Below, piece after piece: positions 9,248 to 20,900 of a stretch of DNA of 64,000 nt. The position numbers and the translations under genes were made by a program. The number at the start of each line of letters is the position of its first letter. The first letter of the stretch is position 1. Origin of the DNA: Acidobacteriota bacterium (lineage in GTDB: Bacteria > Acidobacteriota > CAIWXX01); the NCBI GenBank assembly GCA_040755995.1, contig JBFMAF010000010.1:1-64000 (forward strand), written 5' to 3'. Below the pieces are notes generated by a model. That model made no database searches and was not told the origin of the DNA. It worked only from the letters and a program-made list of their open reading frames with translations.

Positions 9248-12200
9248 TCATCTCTTTGCCGGCTGCCCCTTGTGCGGATGACAGCAGCGCGGGTCCGCGG
9301 GCGGCGGGTCGAGGCGCGTCTGGTAGGGCTGGCCGGTGCGGATGGACTCTTGCATGGCGTCGTAGATCTCGAGGATGACGCGCTTGGTGCGGTAGTCGCC
9401 GTTGTACTTCTCCTCGTCCTTGCGTCGGACGACCGGAAAGGTGTCCATGATGTAAGCCACGGCGTCGCGCGGGGTCGAGAAATGGCGCTTCAATTCTGCC
9501 AGCTCCTCCGTCGTCTCGTCGCGCACGGCGCCCCCAGCCATGCGCGCCTGCCTCCATTGGCCGTCCGCCGTGGCAGGTAGACAAAGATGGAAGAAGGCCG
9601 CGTCCAGCTCGCAACGGAGCAGGAACCGGCGCTCCTCGTCCCAGCGGAACGGAGGGCCGGACCAGCCGCAATCGCGAGCGAACGGCTGTAGGTCCCATGC
9701 CGTATAGGTCAGCTCCAAAGCTCGAGGAAGAACCCAGTCGCAGGGAGAGACGCCGACGACCCAAGGGGCTTCGGTTGCGTATGCTGATGGCGGAAGAACA
9801 GGAAGCTGCTTGAAGGTGAAGGGTGTGAGACTTGTGCCATTCAGCTTATTTCTACAGACGAAGTCACACACGTAGGACGCAAGGTTCGCATTGAGGCCGA
9901 ATGCAATATTGCGAAAGCGTTCCGATGGCAGGAAGACGGGAATCTTGTGACCAACCCCGGCCAGCGGTAGAATCGCAGGGACAAGAGTTCGGGCGTTGCT
10001 TGGACTCGTGACCTCTTTCCAGCCAGGAATCCATTTGCGGTCCCATTGCCCGTAAATACGTTTCTCGATCTCATCAGCGCGAACCCAATGCCTCGGTTTC
10101 ACCATCCGTGAGGGGTCCGCATGTTCGCTCGCGGAAAGCTCGTCGCTTTGTCCCTGTCGAAGCAAGGCAGTAGCGCTAAGCACAACATCGGCAAACCGAT
10201 GATCGAAGAAGCTGAACATCTTCCCTTCGTATACAGGAAGAAGCTTCTCTTCACCGGAATGTGCCACAAACAGGTGGGAGTCCGTTGCCATGTTCAAGAG
10301 GCCTGGCTTGGTGAGAACGCCCCATGTCTCGGTCGAATCCGACGTGCTGGACTCCAGGAGAAGAATGGGCAAGCGACGGGAAATGGCACGAACCAGTTCA
10401 GCGTCAAGCTGGCTGCCAAATGAGGGACAGGTTAGCGTGTTCGGGTTGATCGTCCTGAGATCGTCTAGTGTCAGTCTGAAGTGACACTTGGGATCTGAGG
10501 CATCTTCGGGACGGTGCAACCCGAAGCAAAAATCGGCTGAGGCCGGCGAGGAGTGAGTGAGTGTAAATGCCGAAAAGCGTGCTCTACTATCTACCTCTGG
10601 GAAGAGGCCCTCGCGATTCTCGAAATCCCATAGACGTCGGATACGCCCTGATGCGAACAGATGCCCGAACAGCAGTCGGCCACTCTCGTCGGTCGCAATG
10701 CCGCTCTGCACGATCAGCCCCACTGATGAAGGCGACACCTGGCTGGATAGCTCGACAAAAAGTAGATAGGTATTCACTCGCCCGCGTGCTCCGTTCGGAT
10801 ACCTACCCGAAGTCAGGGCAAAGTGGCGCTCGCCTCCGTTCTTCCTGAGCTCGTTGTAGTACTGGGAAAGTAGTGCCGGGTCGGCATCGCTCAGGGCGGA
10901 GATCATTCGTTTCCTCATCGCCTCCGTGGACGCGGCGGCAATCGCCGGCGCCCTCTTAGCGAAGAACTCTTGCTCACGGAACAGCAACTGATCCCACGGC
11001 GGATTGCCGAGCACGCAGTCGAAGCCACCCTTCGCGAACACCTCTGGGAAGGCTAGGTGCCAGTGGAAAAATCGGTACTGGTCCGAAAGACGCTCGACCT
11101 CGGCGGCAAGATCCGGAGGTAGAGGAAGACCGGAGGCCAGGTCCTTCAGATGGCCCTGTGTGATGCCGCTCGTGCTGGCATCACGACCGGGCTCGTGAAA
11201 GTGCTTTCGATGACGAAGGCCGCGCACCAGGCGTCGGCGAAATGTTTCTTGCGGCGGTATTCTTCGGTCGCCTCGTGCCGGCGGAAGGCCAGCTCCTTGG
11301 CGCGGATGTCGTCGGGCCGGTCGTCGGGCAGTTGCTCAAGTGCAGCGGCGGCCTGCTGCAGGCGGGCCTGCATCTCGGCGTCCTGCTGCGCAAAGAGCGG
11401 TCCCCATCCCGTGCGCTCGGCCTTGTTGCGCTTCCTCAGCACGGCGCAGGCCTTCTTGTCGTCGCCCTCGATCGGGGTGAATGCTTCGTCTGGTAGGCCG
11501 GCTGCGATGAGTTCGGGCGTCGAGCCGAGCAAGCTATTGCCGACACGGATGTGGTGGTCAAGGAATGACAGCGGCTTCCCGGGGTCCAGGGCTTCGAGCC
11601 AGAGGCTCACTCGGCACAGCTCGGCGGCCATGGGATTGATGTCCACGCCGTAGAGGCAGCGGCCAATCACCTCGCGGAGCGCATGCTGGTAGAGGAGCGG
11701 CGAGGGTTCGCTCTCGCCCTCTGCCAAAGCGCGTACGCGGGCCAAGTGGCGCGCGAGCCGATGAGCGGCGCCAACGAGGAAGTGGCCGGAGCCCACCGCG
11801 GGATCGCAAACCTTGAGGGCAAGGATGGCCTTCTCTGCTTCAGCGCCCGACTTGCCCTTGATTGCCTCCTCCACCACAGGGTCGAGGGCCGAGTCTAGCA
11901 GGCACTGCACGAGCGAGTCGGGAGTGTAGTAGGAACCGGATGTCTTGCGCTCGCTGCCCGCGAATTCCGCGAAACTGAAGCGGGCGCCGTCAGCACTGAT
12001 CTGTGGGGTGAGCGCAAGCAGGCTCTCGTACACTCCACCCAGTTCTTCGGCACCGAGGTTCCGGTAGTCCACCGGACGCAGCACCTTGCCTTGGCGAGTG
12101 AACGCGAGGTGCCGGAGGGCTTCGAGAAAGTCGTGGTTGGTCAGCTCGGTGTCGTTGAGCGCCGCAGTCGAGGTGGGGCTCCAAAGGAAACTGCCGAGCG

Positions 12201-13344
12201 CCGGCAGCGCGAGGTGCTCCCGCACGGCGGCTGAGGCGGCGTCACCCGAGAGTGCGCCGGCCAGGAGCCGGAACTGTCGCCATAGGTCGCCGTGGCGACT
12301 GCCCTTGATCTTGCCTGCCAGCTCGCGCAGGCGGGCGGTACTGTAGTGAGCGGCATAGCGCTCACGTGCAGTGCGGGCCGCGTCCGAGCCGTCCCGAGGG
12401 TGGAGCAACGGTTGTCCGTCGATCGTTCGATCCTCCGCCGCGAACAAGAAGATCAGGCGATAGACAACGCGTAGTAGTTGACCGTGGAAATCCGCTAGCG
12501 GGACCTGGCCGGTGCGAAGAGCACCCCGAAGGGTGGCGTTCTTTGGGTGGCTCGTCAGGCCCTCCCCCAGGATCTGCAGGGCGCGCTCGACACCGCCGCG
12601 TAGGTCGCCCAGAGCGCGAGTACCCTGCTCTTGGGCAAGCTTCGTCCACTGCTCCAGCCAACAGGTCTCCGCGCGACCACCATCTCGGGGTGCAAAGCGC
12701 GTGGCGTGGGCCATCAGCCAGAAGTGCACGAAGTCGGAGTAGACCTCGCCGGCGAACATGGCCTCGATGTCGAACTCCAGGAAGGCCTGGCGAGAGAGCG
12801 CCTGGTTGTCGCGGAGGACACGGAGCCGCAGGCCATTCGAGAGGATCGCCCAGAGGTGTCCGGGGCTCCGGTTGAGGAACTCCTGCACAAGGCCATGCGG
12901 ATTCGCGGCAGCAGCTCCGCGTTGCCCGGCGGCGCGGCGATCCAGAGACAGCCCGCAACCCACCAGGTGCACCGGCACCGGCCCGAAGAAGCGACTGATC
13001 GCGTACGTGCGGCCGCCGACTTCAGGACCCGCGCTGGCTGGAAGGAGGCCGAATCCGAGCTCGCGCAGAAGCGGCAGGTTCCACTTGTCGTTGGTGAGGC
13101 CCGTGCCCGCCTCGCCCTGTGGAAGGTTCTCGGCAGCGCCGCGGAATTCGATCCAGTGCTTGCGCAGGCGGTTCCAAGACTGCGTGATGACCTCGTTGAG
13201 CCGCTCGCTCTTGGGCAAGCCATAATCCTCAGGCTGCGTCCCGTCGAGCTTCGTCTTCGGGTCGAGCACGCGCCGGAGTAGATCAGGCGGCAGCAGGCCT
13301 CCTTCTGAGCGGATCGTCTGGAAGTCTTGATTGCGACGGCTCAT
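9248..13344 (-). pseudogene. Eco57I/DrmMI-like N6-adenine DNA methyltransferase, split by a single frameshift near 11209 (real lesion or sequence error)
   Basis: 5' ORF has GSYYTP and motif I DPAVGSGHF; 3' ORF has FFHWHLAFPEVF, motif IV GNPPW and target-recognition region; the ORFs overlap at 11146-11227 in different frames. Confidence 0.85.
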
Positions 13345-13421
13345 TTAGGTCAAGTCCGTGAGACAGGGGCGGTAATAATGAGCCAATCGACAATCGCTGT
13401 AAGCCGTTGATTATTCATTGC

Positions 13422-15119
13422 TTACCGACTCCGTGCCCCTTTCTGTTTTGGCTCATTTGATCGGCGTATTGGCTCATTATTCGGGTCTGAGCCAATACGG
13501 GTGCCCGGGACTGCGAACCATCGTGCTGCACGAGTGATGCCCGACACCCGCGCCCTGCCCTCGCCTGCCAGCTCCATCAGCAGGCGCTTCAGGTGTGCAC
13601 GGGAAAGGGCAGGCAAGACCTGACGGAGCTCGGACAGCGGAGCACCGGCCTCGCCGCTATCGGTGAGGTGCTTCATCAGCAGCGCCTTGTTCGTCTCCCG
13701 ATCCAGGCCCTTTCGCCGAGTGTAGACACCCTTCTGGCCGATCGCCGCATACAGCGATCGCGACAGGTAATAGCGAACGCCACGGCCACGCCCTTCTGTC
13801 TCGACAACTCCACTCTCTACCAAGGCTGGGATGCGCGCGCGCATCGCCTCACTGAGTGGTAGATCCCGCCAGATGGCATCCATCGCGAGGAAGTCGTAGG
13901 TTGAGAAATGCTGGAGCCGTTGTTCTCCGAGGCGTTCCAGGAAGCGAATGAATGTCGGGTTCTGGACTGAACCCTCAAGCGTGAGGCGCACCTCGTGGCC
14001 CGAGGAGCCTGCGAAGCTGGGCAAGGGCTTGCTCTGGCGGACGGCATGCTCGACCATCAGGTTCAACCCCTGGCCAGAGCGCTCGATCAGGCCGCATCGC
14101 GCCAGCGCCTCGGCAAGACGACGATTGCGCGGATTCTGCCGGTCGAGAATGTTCTCAGGCGTGATGCCGGGCGGGAATCCACCGGGGCTCACGATCTCGA
14201 GACGCCGTGCATACTGTCGTACGAACACCGAGCCGCCCAGCCGGTAATCCCTGTGCGAGACCGCATTCAGCAGCGCCTCGCGCACCGAGGTCTCGTCGAA
14301 CGTAGGGATGTCGTAGCGAAACAAGCCATCCTGATAGCTCTGACGGTCGTTTCGGAGATTGATGCGATTCCAGAGGGCATCGTGGAAAAGGAAGAAACCC
14401 TCACGGTACTCCTGCCGATCCTGAGCGGGCCCGGACGCCTCGGATGAGCGGTACTCGAATATGACCTCGGCCTGCGGCAGATGTCGCCCCAGCGCCGCGC
14501 GAGTTCCGAAAAGGATCAGGGCAGCGAAGAGAAGGCGGCCGTCCAGCGCGAGCTCGGCATCGCTGAGGAGCTGGGGATCGGTGAGCTGAGCGATCCGCGG
14601 ATTGTTTGCATTGCGTGCCCAACGCTCGCGGAAGACGGCCAGAGCCGTGGGCTCCAAGTCCGCCAGAACGGCGCCGGACGGTTGGGCGGAGAAATCAGGT
14701 TCAGTCTCGGCGAAGATCGCACGGAGCTCCGCGTCGTTCATAGGCGCGAGCTCGTCTCCCACACGCTTGAGGTACCGGCCGTCGATACTCCACGCTGTGC
14801 CAGGCAATCGCGCGGGCACATGCGCGATCACGACACGCTCGCCCTCATGGTAGTACTCTTCGATCGGTATCCTATGCCCTAGTCGCTGGTACAATCCCGC
14901 CTCGGTACGGCCAGGCTCTGCGAACGCCTGCGTGCCCACGACGTGTCGCGGGCGCCGATCGGTGACCCCGAAGACGATCGGCCCGCCGCCCTCGTTGGCC
15001 AGCGCCACGCAGTAGTCCACGAGCTTCTCAAAGTGGAAGCCGCTCGTTGCGCTCTTGAACTCGAGCCGCGATCCCTCGGGTGCTTCGAGCCAACTCAGAA
15101 ACTGCTCAGGTGTAGTCAT
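13422..15119 (-). CDS. AlbA_2 (Schlafen-like) + HATPase_c_4 + HTH protein
   Basis: EGSRLEFKS...ALANEGGGPIVFGV; REALLNAVSHRDY...SPGGF...PRNRRLAEAL...IERSGQG. Confidence 0.88.
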   Translation of the reverse strand: MTTPEQFLSWLEAPEGSRLEFKSATSGFHFEKLVDYCVALANEGGGPIVFGVTDRRPRHVVGTQAFAEPGRTEAGLYQRLGHRIPIEEYYHEGERVVIAHVPARLPGTAWSIDGRYLKRVGDELAPMNDAELRAIFAETEPDFSAQPSGAVLADLEPTALAVFRERWARNANNPRIAQLTDPQLLSDAELALDGRLLFAALILFGTRAALGRHLPQAEVIFEYRSSEASGPAQDRQEYREGFFLFHDALWNRINLRNDRQSYQDGLFRYDIPTFDETSVREALLNAVSHRDYRLGGSVFVRQYARRLEIVSPGGFPPGITPENILDRQNPRNRRLAEALARCGLIERSGQGLNLMVEHAVRQSKPLPSFAGSSGHEVRLTLEGSVQNPTFIRFLERLGEQRLQHFSTYDFLAMDAIWRDLPLSEAMRARIPALVESGVVETEGRGRGVRYYLSRSLYAAIGQKGVYTRRKGLDRETNKALLMKHLTDSGEAGAPLSELRQVLPALSRAHLKRLLMELAGEGRARVSGITRAARWFAVPGTRIGSDPNNEPIRRSNEPKQKGARSR

Positions 15120-17977
15120 CGTCCTTGTCCACCAGGCTGCGGCAGAATCGGCAGCAGGATATAAGCCCCGAGGATGTCGACGGGGAGCACGGGCTGGATG
15201 GAGACGCGGCCCTTGGTGCGCGACGCTTCACGTAGGCGCTCATGTGCAGCGAGTTGAGCTGCTGCGCGCTCATCAGCGATCGGGTGGAGCGCGGCCTGGA
15301 GCTTCGGGAGTCCGGGCAGCAGCAGGCCGAGCTGCTGGTCGACGGCCGTCTTGATCAGATTGCGATCGGGCCGTGCGGTCAGCAAGGGCTCGCTGTCCTC
15401 CGGCCTCAGCCACTGTGGCGCGTCCGCGGGGCCGTTGCAGGCCAGCGGAACTATCTCCTCGCACAAGATCGTTTCGCCATCGCCGCTCGCGATCTGCAGG
15501 TGGTAGCGGAACCGTGCCACCAGCAGCGTCGTGCGGGCATTCACGGCCGAGGTGCAGACGACGCCACAGCGAGAGGCGACCGCCCGGGCTTCGCGGGCCA
15601 CGGGGTCGAGCGCCTGATCCAGCGTCCAGCTCGCCAGGCCCTCGATCACAGGGCTCGTGCGCCCCAGATAGACCTCGCCTTCCTGGAGCGGGAGATCGAA
15701 GCGGCCGGTGAACGATTCATCGCGGCCGATGGCCTGGCGCAGCGCGCGCGGCACCTCGTTGCTGATGTGGACCCTGATCGACTTGCCCTCGGTCTGCAGC
15801 GGCACAGACGCTGCCTGGAGCACCGCCTCGAAAAACCGGGCGACGTCGTCACTGCGACCGATGGCGGAACGGACGCTCTGCAATTCCTCCGCCACGGCGT
15901 CGGGGCTCAGCGTGTGTTGGGCGAAGCGTGACCGGGCCGCCTTCTCGCGGTCGCGTGCGTTCTCCCACTCCGCATGCAGCTCTCGCTTCTTTGGCTCAAG
16001 ATCGTCGATGAAGTCCAGTGACAACTGCTGGGCGCGCGCACTGATCCGTTCGCGGAATAGCGCCCCCTCAAATAACGCCTCGGCGATCTGCTCGCTCGAG
16101 CCCGGCACGGCGACCGTGACCCCGAGGTCACTCTTGATGCGCTTGTGGTTGCGGATAAGGACATCGAGAATCACCCCGTCAATCGGGTTATCCTGTCCGT
16201 AATATGTGATGACGCGGACCGTTGGCTTGTCCTGCCCGAACCGGTCCACGCGCCCTTCGCGCTGCTCGTGGCGGGTGGGATTCCAGGCCAGGTCGTAGTG
16301 CAGCACGGCATTGAAGTGCTCTTGCAGGTTCACGCCTTCCGCGAGGCAGTCTGTGCATACCAGCACATACTGGCCTGCGTCCGCTACTAGCTTGCTGATG
16401 CGGGTCTCACGCTCGGCTGGCGGGAGCAGGCCCGTCACCGACTCGACGCGGACCTTGGCGGGTAGCACATCACGGAGCTGGCGGGCAACGTAGTCGGCAG
16501 TCTCCACGAATCGGCAGAAGACGACGGGATGAAATCCATCCCTGAGCAGCTCCTTGACCTCACGGATCGCTCCTTGGAGCTTCGAGTCGGCATCGGGGCT
16601 GATGGCTTCGGCACGCCGCGCAAACTCCAGCAGCTTCCGGCGTGTGATCTCCGCGGCGTCCTCGGTACCGGAGCCCGGGCTGAAATCGAGAGGCACCACG
16701 TCGTCCGTGTCATCCTGGTCGAGCACTGTGCGCCTGCCCACCTCGTCCACGTCGTCGTCCGCGGCCTCGTCTACCGCAGCACGGCTGCGTAATGTCGCGG
16801 CGGCAGCGGCCGGGCTGGACGAAACACAGCGCAGCAGGGCGAGGGCGGACCAGTATCGCACCCGGCGCCGTCTCCGGCCACCGTCCTCCCCCGAAACATA
16901 GCCGCGCACGAATGCCAGGATGTCGTCGAAGAGGGCACGATACTCTTTGCTGAAGACGTAGCTCGGCTCGGGTATCTTGTCGAACCGTGTCGGAAAGGAC
17001 GTATCGGTAGCCAGGTAGTGCTCGATGTCCTTCCGGCGTCGCTGCACCAGGTGCCGGGCGAGCTTCCGGCGGATGCCTTCTCGATCGGCGCGATCGAGGT
17101 CCGTGGGCAGGCCGGCGAATTCATCATCGAGCAGACTCAGTAGGGAGCGGAATGCGTCTTCGTTGCCGCTGTGCGGTGTGGCGGTGACGAGCACCAGATG
17201 CCGCGACTTGTCCTCTGCTACCCGTCGCAAGAGATCGAAGCGCTGTTGGCGCCCCCGGCCCACACCGGCTGCCAGCGTGCAGCTGTGGGCCTCGTCCACG
17301 ATCACGAACTCGGGGCACTTGAGGATGAAATCCTCGGCGCGGCGGGGGGTTTTGATGAAGTCGGTCGAAACGATCGTGAAGCGATGCCGGTCGAAGACCG
17401 AGACGCCGACTTGCAGATCGCGTTCCAGGCGCTGAATCGTGCTGCTGAGCACCAGCTCTGCGTCGATGTGGAACTTCTGGCCCAGCTCGCGCTGCCACTG
17501 CTCGGCCAGGTGTGGCGGACACAGCACGGCAAGGCGTCGAATCTCGCCACGGTCGAGGATTTCGCGAGCGACAACGCCGGCCTCAATCGTCTTGCCGATC
17601 CCGACGTCATCCGCGATCAGTAGGCGCACCGGATCGAGCTTCAACGCCATGATCAGCGGCACAAGCTGGTAGGGCCGCGGCTCCACGGCGATATGGCCAA
17701 AACTGCGGAAGGGACCGGCAGCGGCGCGTGTGGACAGGCGCGCCGCCTCGCGCAGGAGCCACCCTGACGCAAAGTCGCCGATGTCAGCGGCGGTCGGAAG
17801 GCGAAACGTGGCGGACTCCACGGGCTCGACAGCGGGCAGGATGCCGGTGATCTCCTCGTCGAGGCCGCCCACCGGCCGCGCCATTAGTAGATCGTCCGTG
17901 GATTCAGGGAGCACGACCCATTCGCGGCCTCTCGCGTGGATGAGCGTGCCGGGTTTGCTGAGCACAGAGACGGTCAT
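15116..17977 (-). CDS. SNF2-family helicase, DrmD-like
   Basis: RLLIADDVGIGKT, DEAH, TATPH, EGVNLQ, WNPTRHEQREGRVDRFGQ; ATGA overlaps on both sides. Confidence 0.92.
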   Translation of the reverse strand: MTVSVLSKPGTLIHARGREWVVLPESTDDLLMARPVGGLDEEITGILPAVEPVESATFRLPTAADIGDFASGWLLREAARLSTRAAAGPFRSFGHIAVEPRPYQLVPLIMALKLDPVRLLIADDVGIGKTIEAGVVAREILDRGEIRRLAVLCPPHLAEQWQRELGQKFHIDAELVLSSTIQRLERDLQVGVSVFDRHRFTIVSTDFIKTPRRAEDFILKCPEFVIVDEAHSCTLAAGVGRGRQQRFDLLRRVAEDKSRHLVLVTATPHSGNEDAFRSLLSLLDDEFAGLPTDLDRADREGIRRKLARHLVQRRRKDIEHYLATDTSFPTRFDKIPEPSYVFSKEYRALFDDILAFVRGYVSGEDGGRRRRRVRYWSALALLRCVSSSPAAAAATLRSRAAVDEAADDDVDEVGRRTVLDQDDTDDVVPLDFSPGSGTEDAAEITRRKLLEFARRAEAISPDADSKLQGAIREVKELLRDGFHPVVFCRFVETADYVARQLRDVLPAKVRVESVTGLLPPAERETRISKLVADAGQYVLVCTDCLAEGVNLQEHFNAVLHYDLAWNPTRHEQREGRVDRFGQDKPTVRVITYYGQDNPIDGVILDVLIRNHKRIKSDLGVTVAVPGSSEQIAEALFEGALFRERISARAQQLSLDFIDDLEPKKRELHAEWENARDREKAARSRFAQHTLSPDAVAEELQSVRSAIGRSDDVARFFEAVLQAASVPLQTEGKSIRVHISNEVPRALRQAIGRDESFTGRFDLPLQEGEVYLGRTSPVIEGLASWTLDQALDPVAREARAVASRCGVVCTSAVNARTTLLVARFRYHLQIASGDGETILCEEIVPLACNGPADAPQWLRPEDSEPLLTARPDRNLIKTAVDQQLGLLLPGLPKLQAALHPIADERAAAQLAAHERLREASRTKGRVSIQPVLPVDILGAYILLPILPQPGGQGR

Positions 17978-20900
17978 GCTCGTGGCGTCCCGAAGATGTC
18001 AGGATGGCGGCGGAATATCTCGTTCCAGTCCGCCTTGTGGTGGAAACGGATGACGATGTAGCCCATCTCCATCAGCCTGTGCGTGACGGCCTCGTCCTCA
18101 CGCAGCTGATCCGGTTCGTCATGGGGAGGGCCGTCGACGTAGATGGCCGCGTTGTGCTCGCTGTAGTAGAAGTCGGGCCGGGTCGAGCAGGATTCGACGA
18201 GATACTGAGCGTCGCTGGGCGGGCGGAGCATGAGCACGTCCACCATGTCGAGCCAACGCTTCTCGAGCTGGCTGTCGCATCGTTTGCGCAGAGCCGTCAT
18301 GCGCTCCGCGCGTGAGCCAGCACCCCCCGCCGGCCGGCACTCGGCCTGCGACAGCTCCGACAGCAGGTCGCGGATGAGCGAGCGATCGAGATCCTTGTGG
18401 TCGGGCTGGTTGCCGTAGTCGAGCAGGCACTCGTAGCATGCCTTGCCGCAGGTTTGGGCACCTTTGTCTTCCAGCGTCTCCGGATCGAAGTGGCAGATCT
18501 CCAGAGCACGGCGGGCGAGTGCCGGCAGCACCGCAGGGTCCTCGGCGATCTGGCGTAGCACACCTGCTCCGCCTTCGGACGCCTCATAGTAGAGGATCTC
18601 TTTCCGGTCAGATGGCGACGGCATGGCCTCGCAGGCGAGCTCGCGCGGCTCCAACTGGAAGTGCTTCTGGATTGCTTCTTTGAAGGCGGCCTGGATGCTC
18701 GCCATTTCGGGTCCCGATCGCACTGGCTCGAGCCGCATCACCAGTGCGTTCTTGGTGTCTTGTACGTATGGCACTACCCGTTGAAGCCGTCCATGGGCAA
18801 CGGCATCGTCCACGTCTTCCTCGTCCGCCTGATTGCGCGACCAATAGCCGCGCTCCAGGTCAAGGTTGAACCCGGGCGGCTTGCCACGCTCATTGGCCCA
18901 TCCCAGGTTGACACGATAGAGATCGGTGGCGTTGCCGTAACTGAGACGCATGACAAGGACACCGTCCCGGTAGACTTCCGCGTCTCTGCGGTCTTGCCTG
19001 CCTCCGATCTCGGGGAAGCGGTAGGAGCTGACGATGTTGTATCCGAACCGCCGCCGTTCCTCTTCGTCGCAGGTGATGCGCTGCGCGAGCTTGAGGCTGA
19101 CATTCTGCAGGTGGACCAGATGCTCGATCTTGGCGCGACCGTCGAGAGCAGAACCGCAGCGCTCACATAGCTCGGCCAGGTTGGTCCCCTGTCCCAAGTG
19201 GGCGTAGCCGCACTTGCGGCATCGCTTCATCGTGCCTGTGGCTAGTTGGTGCGCCGCCTCGAGGTCATCGGACCCAAAGTCGAGGTTGACCTTGTATACC
19301 TGATAGCGTGCCCCCTCGTGGTAGATCAGCGCACGCGGGCCGAATTCGGAGATCGCCAGAAAACGTGGACGTGACACGAACTCGTCTCTCCCCTTGCGCA
19401 GACGCCGGCCCGGGACGTAGGCGGAAAGGGGCAGCCGCGGGAAGTTGTAGCCAGGCAGGAAGCCTTCGGAGGCGAAGTAGCGATAGGAATAGAAATCACC
19501 TTCGTAGATGCCTTCTGCCTCCGTGAGCAGGCGGATTTGGCTCTCCGCCTGGGCTCGCAGACGTCGGGAGTGATCTCGTTCGACTTGTGGACGGGAATGA
19601 TCGCCGATGATTCTGTGATGGAGCTCCCGCTGGCGTACCGCTGCCCTGTAGAGACTGCGCCAGCGCTCGCAGGATGCATCGAAACTGCGCTCGATCTGGT
19701 CAAGGACCTCGGTTGTCCAGTTGTCGTGAAACCACTGCGAGGATGAAAGCTCATCGCGGATGCTGTCAACGAGCTGGTTGATCCTGACCAGTGCAGCGGC
19801 GCGGTGTGCGGGACCCCTCAGCTCTCGCGCGATTGTATCCTTGACTGGAAGCTGAAGCTTCCCGTCGACAGGGGCGAGCTCGAGGACCGTGGTGAGCGTC
19901 TTCCCCAGGTCGGGCTTGGCTACCTCCATCCAGATTGCGTGCACGTGGGACCGCACCAGATCTCGATTGCGGATATCGATGCGCGGAGGGGCCACCGAGC
20001 CCGCGACCATGTGCGTGGGCTCGCGGAAGTAATACTGGTCGTGCGGGCTGCGACCTGCGCAGTAAGTATAGACGAGTGCCGGCTGGCCGCCACGGCCGGC
20101 GCGACCACTTCGCTGGGCATAGTTCGCCGGGGTCGGCGGGACATTGCGTAGGTTGACGAGGTTCAACTGGGCGATGTCGACACCCAGTTCCATGGTAGGT
20201 GAGCAAAAGAGGAGCGGCAGTTCGCCACTGCGGAAGCGCACTTCGCGGTCTTCGCGGTCCTCAGAGGCCACCTGGGCAGTGTGCTCGCGGGCTTCGAGCA
20301 CGCATTTGAGATCGACGAACCCGCGATAGCACTCCACGAAGTAGCGATTGACCTCGGGTGGGATCTCACCGGATTCCAGCAGGCGGGTCCGGTCCACTGG
20401 GCGCACCTCCCCTGTTGCATGCAGCCACCGCAAGGCGCCGGGGTTGATCTGATAGCCGGGGACTTCACCGCTGCGGACTTGCTCCACGATGCCGTACCGC
20501 TTCAGCGCAAGGAGCAGGAAGCCGATGACTTGGTCGACCTCTTCGCGACCGAAGCTCTGTCCCTGCGCCACGTACGGGGCCAGCGAGCGCTTCAGATATC
20601 GGCCGTAGAGTCCGTAGGACGAGACGAACAACCCCGATCGGTCTTCCCGTTGCTTCGGGCGGGGATATGCAACTACAGACTTCACGAGCTCACGCACATC
20701 CTCGAGATACCAGACGGTACCCTCCTGGAGGCGAGGTGCAGTCTGCTCGACAAGGTCGAGCTGCTTCTGCGGGTCCAGTACGTCCACCTTGATCGCAAGT
20801 GACCGACGCAGGACGTCGAGAAGGGTATGCAGGAGCTCTTCGCGCAGATCCGGAGGGCACGCGCGCAACGGCGGGGGTGTTTCGACAAATCGAGCATTCT

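Noticed and set aside
11195..11215. programmed ribosomal frameshift in the methyltransferase
   Set aside because: no in-frame X-XXY-YYZ slippery heptamer or clear stimulator; a simple indel is more parsimonious
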